Below are positions 35,525-35,725 of a stretch of DNA of 35,725 nt, piece after piece; position 1 is the stretch's first letter; the number at the start of each line of letters is the position of its first letter. Source of the stretch: Candidatus Parcubacteria bacterium (lineage in GTDB: Bacteria; Patescibacteriota; Patescibacteriia; Patescibacteriales; UBA12465); NCBI GenBank assembly GCA_023444045.1, contig JAEZRQ010000005.1, positions 1-35,725 on the forward strand, written 5' to 3'. The translations under genes and the position numbers were made by a program. The notes below the pieces were generated by a model. It saw only the letters and a program-made list of their open reading frames with translations, did no database searches and was not told where the DNA came from.

Positions 35525-35553
35525 TTGACTTTATATTATACTTAATATATACT
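35525..35553 (+). promoter_or_regulatory. candidate sigma70-type promoter for the downstream regulator gene
   Basis: TTGACT (35525-35530), a 17-nt spacer, then TATACT (35548-35553). Confidence 0.5.
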
Positions 35554-35580
35554 TGAGTTATCAACTATATATTAAATAAT

Positions 35581-35725
35581 ATGAAAAACATTAGTGAGCA
35601 AATAAAGTTTATTATCAATCTAGCAAAAACCCATTCTGTTCTGGTAAAACGTTTTGATAGTGGACTGGGAAATGGCTTAGGTTTCAATGAGTTTTTAATT
35701 TTATTCCATTTAAATCAGGCTCCCG
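35581..35725 (+). CDS. MarR-like transcriptional regulator, 3'-truncated by the window edge
   Basis: An ATG at 35581 opens a frame that runs to the end of the window: MKNISEQIKFIINLAKTHSVLVKRFDSGLGNGLGFNEFLILFHLNQAP. The LGFNEFLILFHL segment resembles the start of the MarR winged-helix region. Only 48 codons are visible. Confidence 0.4.
   Translation, partial: MKNISEQIKFIINLAKTHSVLVKRFDSGLGNGLGFNEFLILFHLNQAP

Noticed and set aside
1-35725. Possibility of an alternative genetic code (TGA as a sense codon, as in code 25 or code 4 lineages)
   Set aside because: Long conserved genes (dnaE at 1206 codons, lysS, prfA, mnmA, the 1127-codon surface protein) are full-length with no in-frame TGA. Two of the three TGA stops sit in canonical ATGA stop-start overlaps. 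The single suspicious in-frame TGA at 33150 is reported separately as a local anomaly.
1-35725. CRISPR arrays, transposases or IS elements, integrases, restriction-modification or other defence or toxin-antitoxin modules
   Set aside because: There are no regularly spaced direct repeats and no ORFs with DDE, tyrosine-recombinase, serine-recombinase, nuclease-helicase or methyltransferase (other than PrmC) signatures. The only mobile-element-type gene is the LAGLIDADG endonuclease.

Overview
AT-rich, tightly packed bacterial chromosomal segment. The gene content, short intergenic spacers and near absence of Shine-Dalgarno sequences suggest a small-genome CPR/Patescibacteria-like organism; this is inference from sequence style, not a database result. 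Most of the window is housekeeping: RNase P RNA, dtd, mnmA, parA/parB, dnaE, a class I aldolase, a SEDS protein, L25, prmC/prfA, L31, greA, lysS, tRNA-Leu(CAA) and tRNA-Gln(CTG). Two separate cell-surface glycan loci are present: 4483-8176 (priming phosphotransferase plus two GT4) and 25421-30023 (Wzx-like flippase, GT4, GT2, Wzy/O-antigen-ligase-like). A 1127-aa secreted multidomain protein lies at 550-3933. The genetic code looks standard (code 11), because long conserved genes have no in-frame TGA. I found no CRISPR array, transposase, integrase, or recognisable defence or toxin-antitoxin system. Five regions stand out. (1) At the right end, the tRNA-Gln 3' end is duplicated perfectly (19 nt) around a 187-bp G+C/purine-rich insert. 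Further tRNA 3'-half-like relics follow, interleaved with two paralogous membrane-anchored Cys-containing proteins of unknown function and a small membrane ORF broken by an in-frame TGA. (2) A free-standing LAGLIDADG homing endonuclease gene starts 4 nt after tRNA-Leu and sits behind a consensus promoter. (3) The prfA/rpmE spacer holds a promoter- and terminator-bounded rod-like hairpin that may be a small RNA. (4) A membrane protein has a histone-H1-like basic tail. (5) Translation initiation appears SD-independent and in places leaderless. No complete novel multi-gene system can be claimed from sequence alone.
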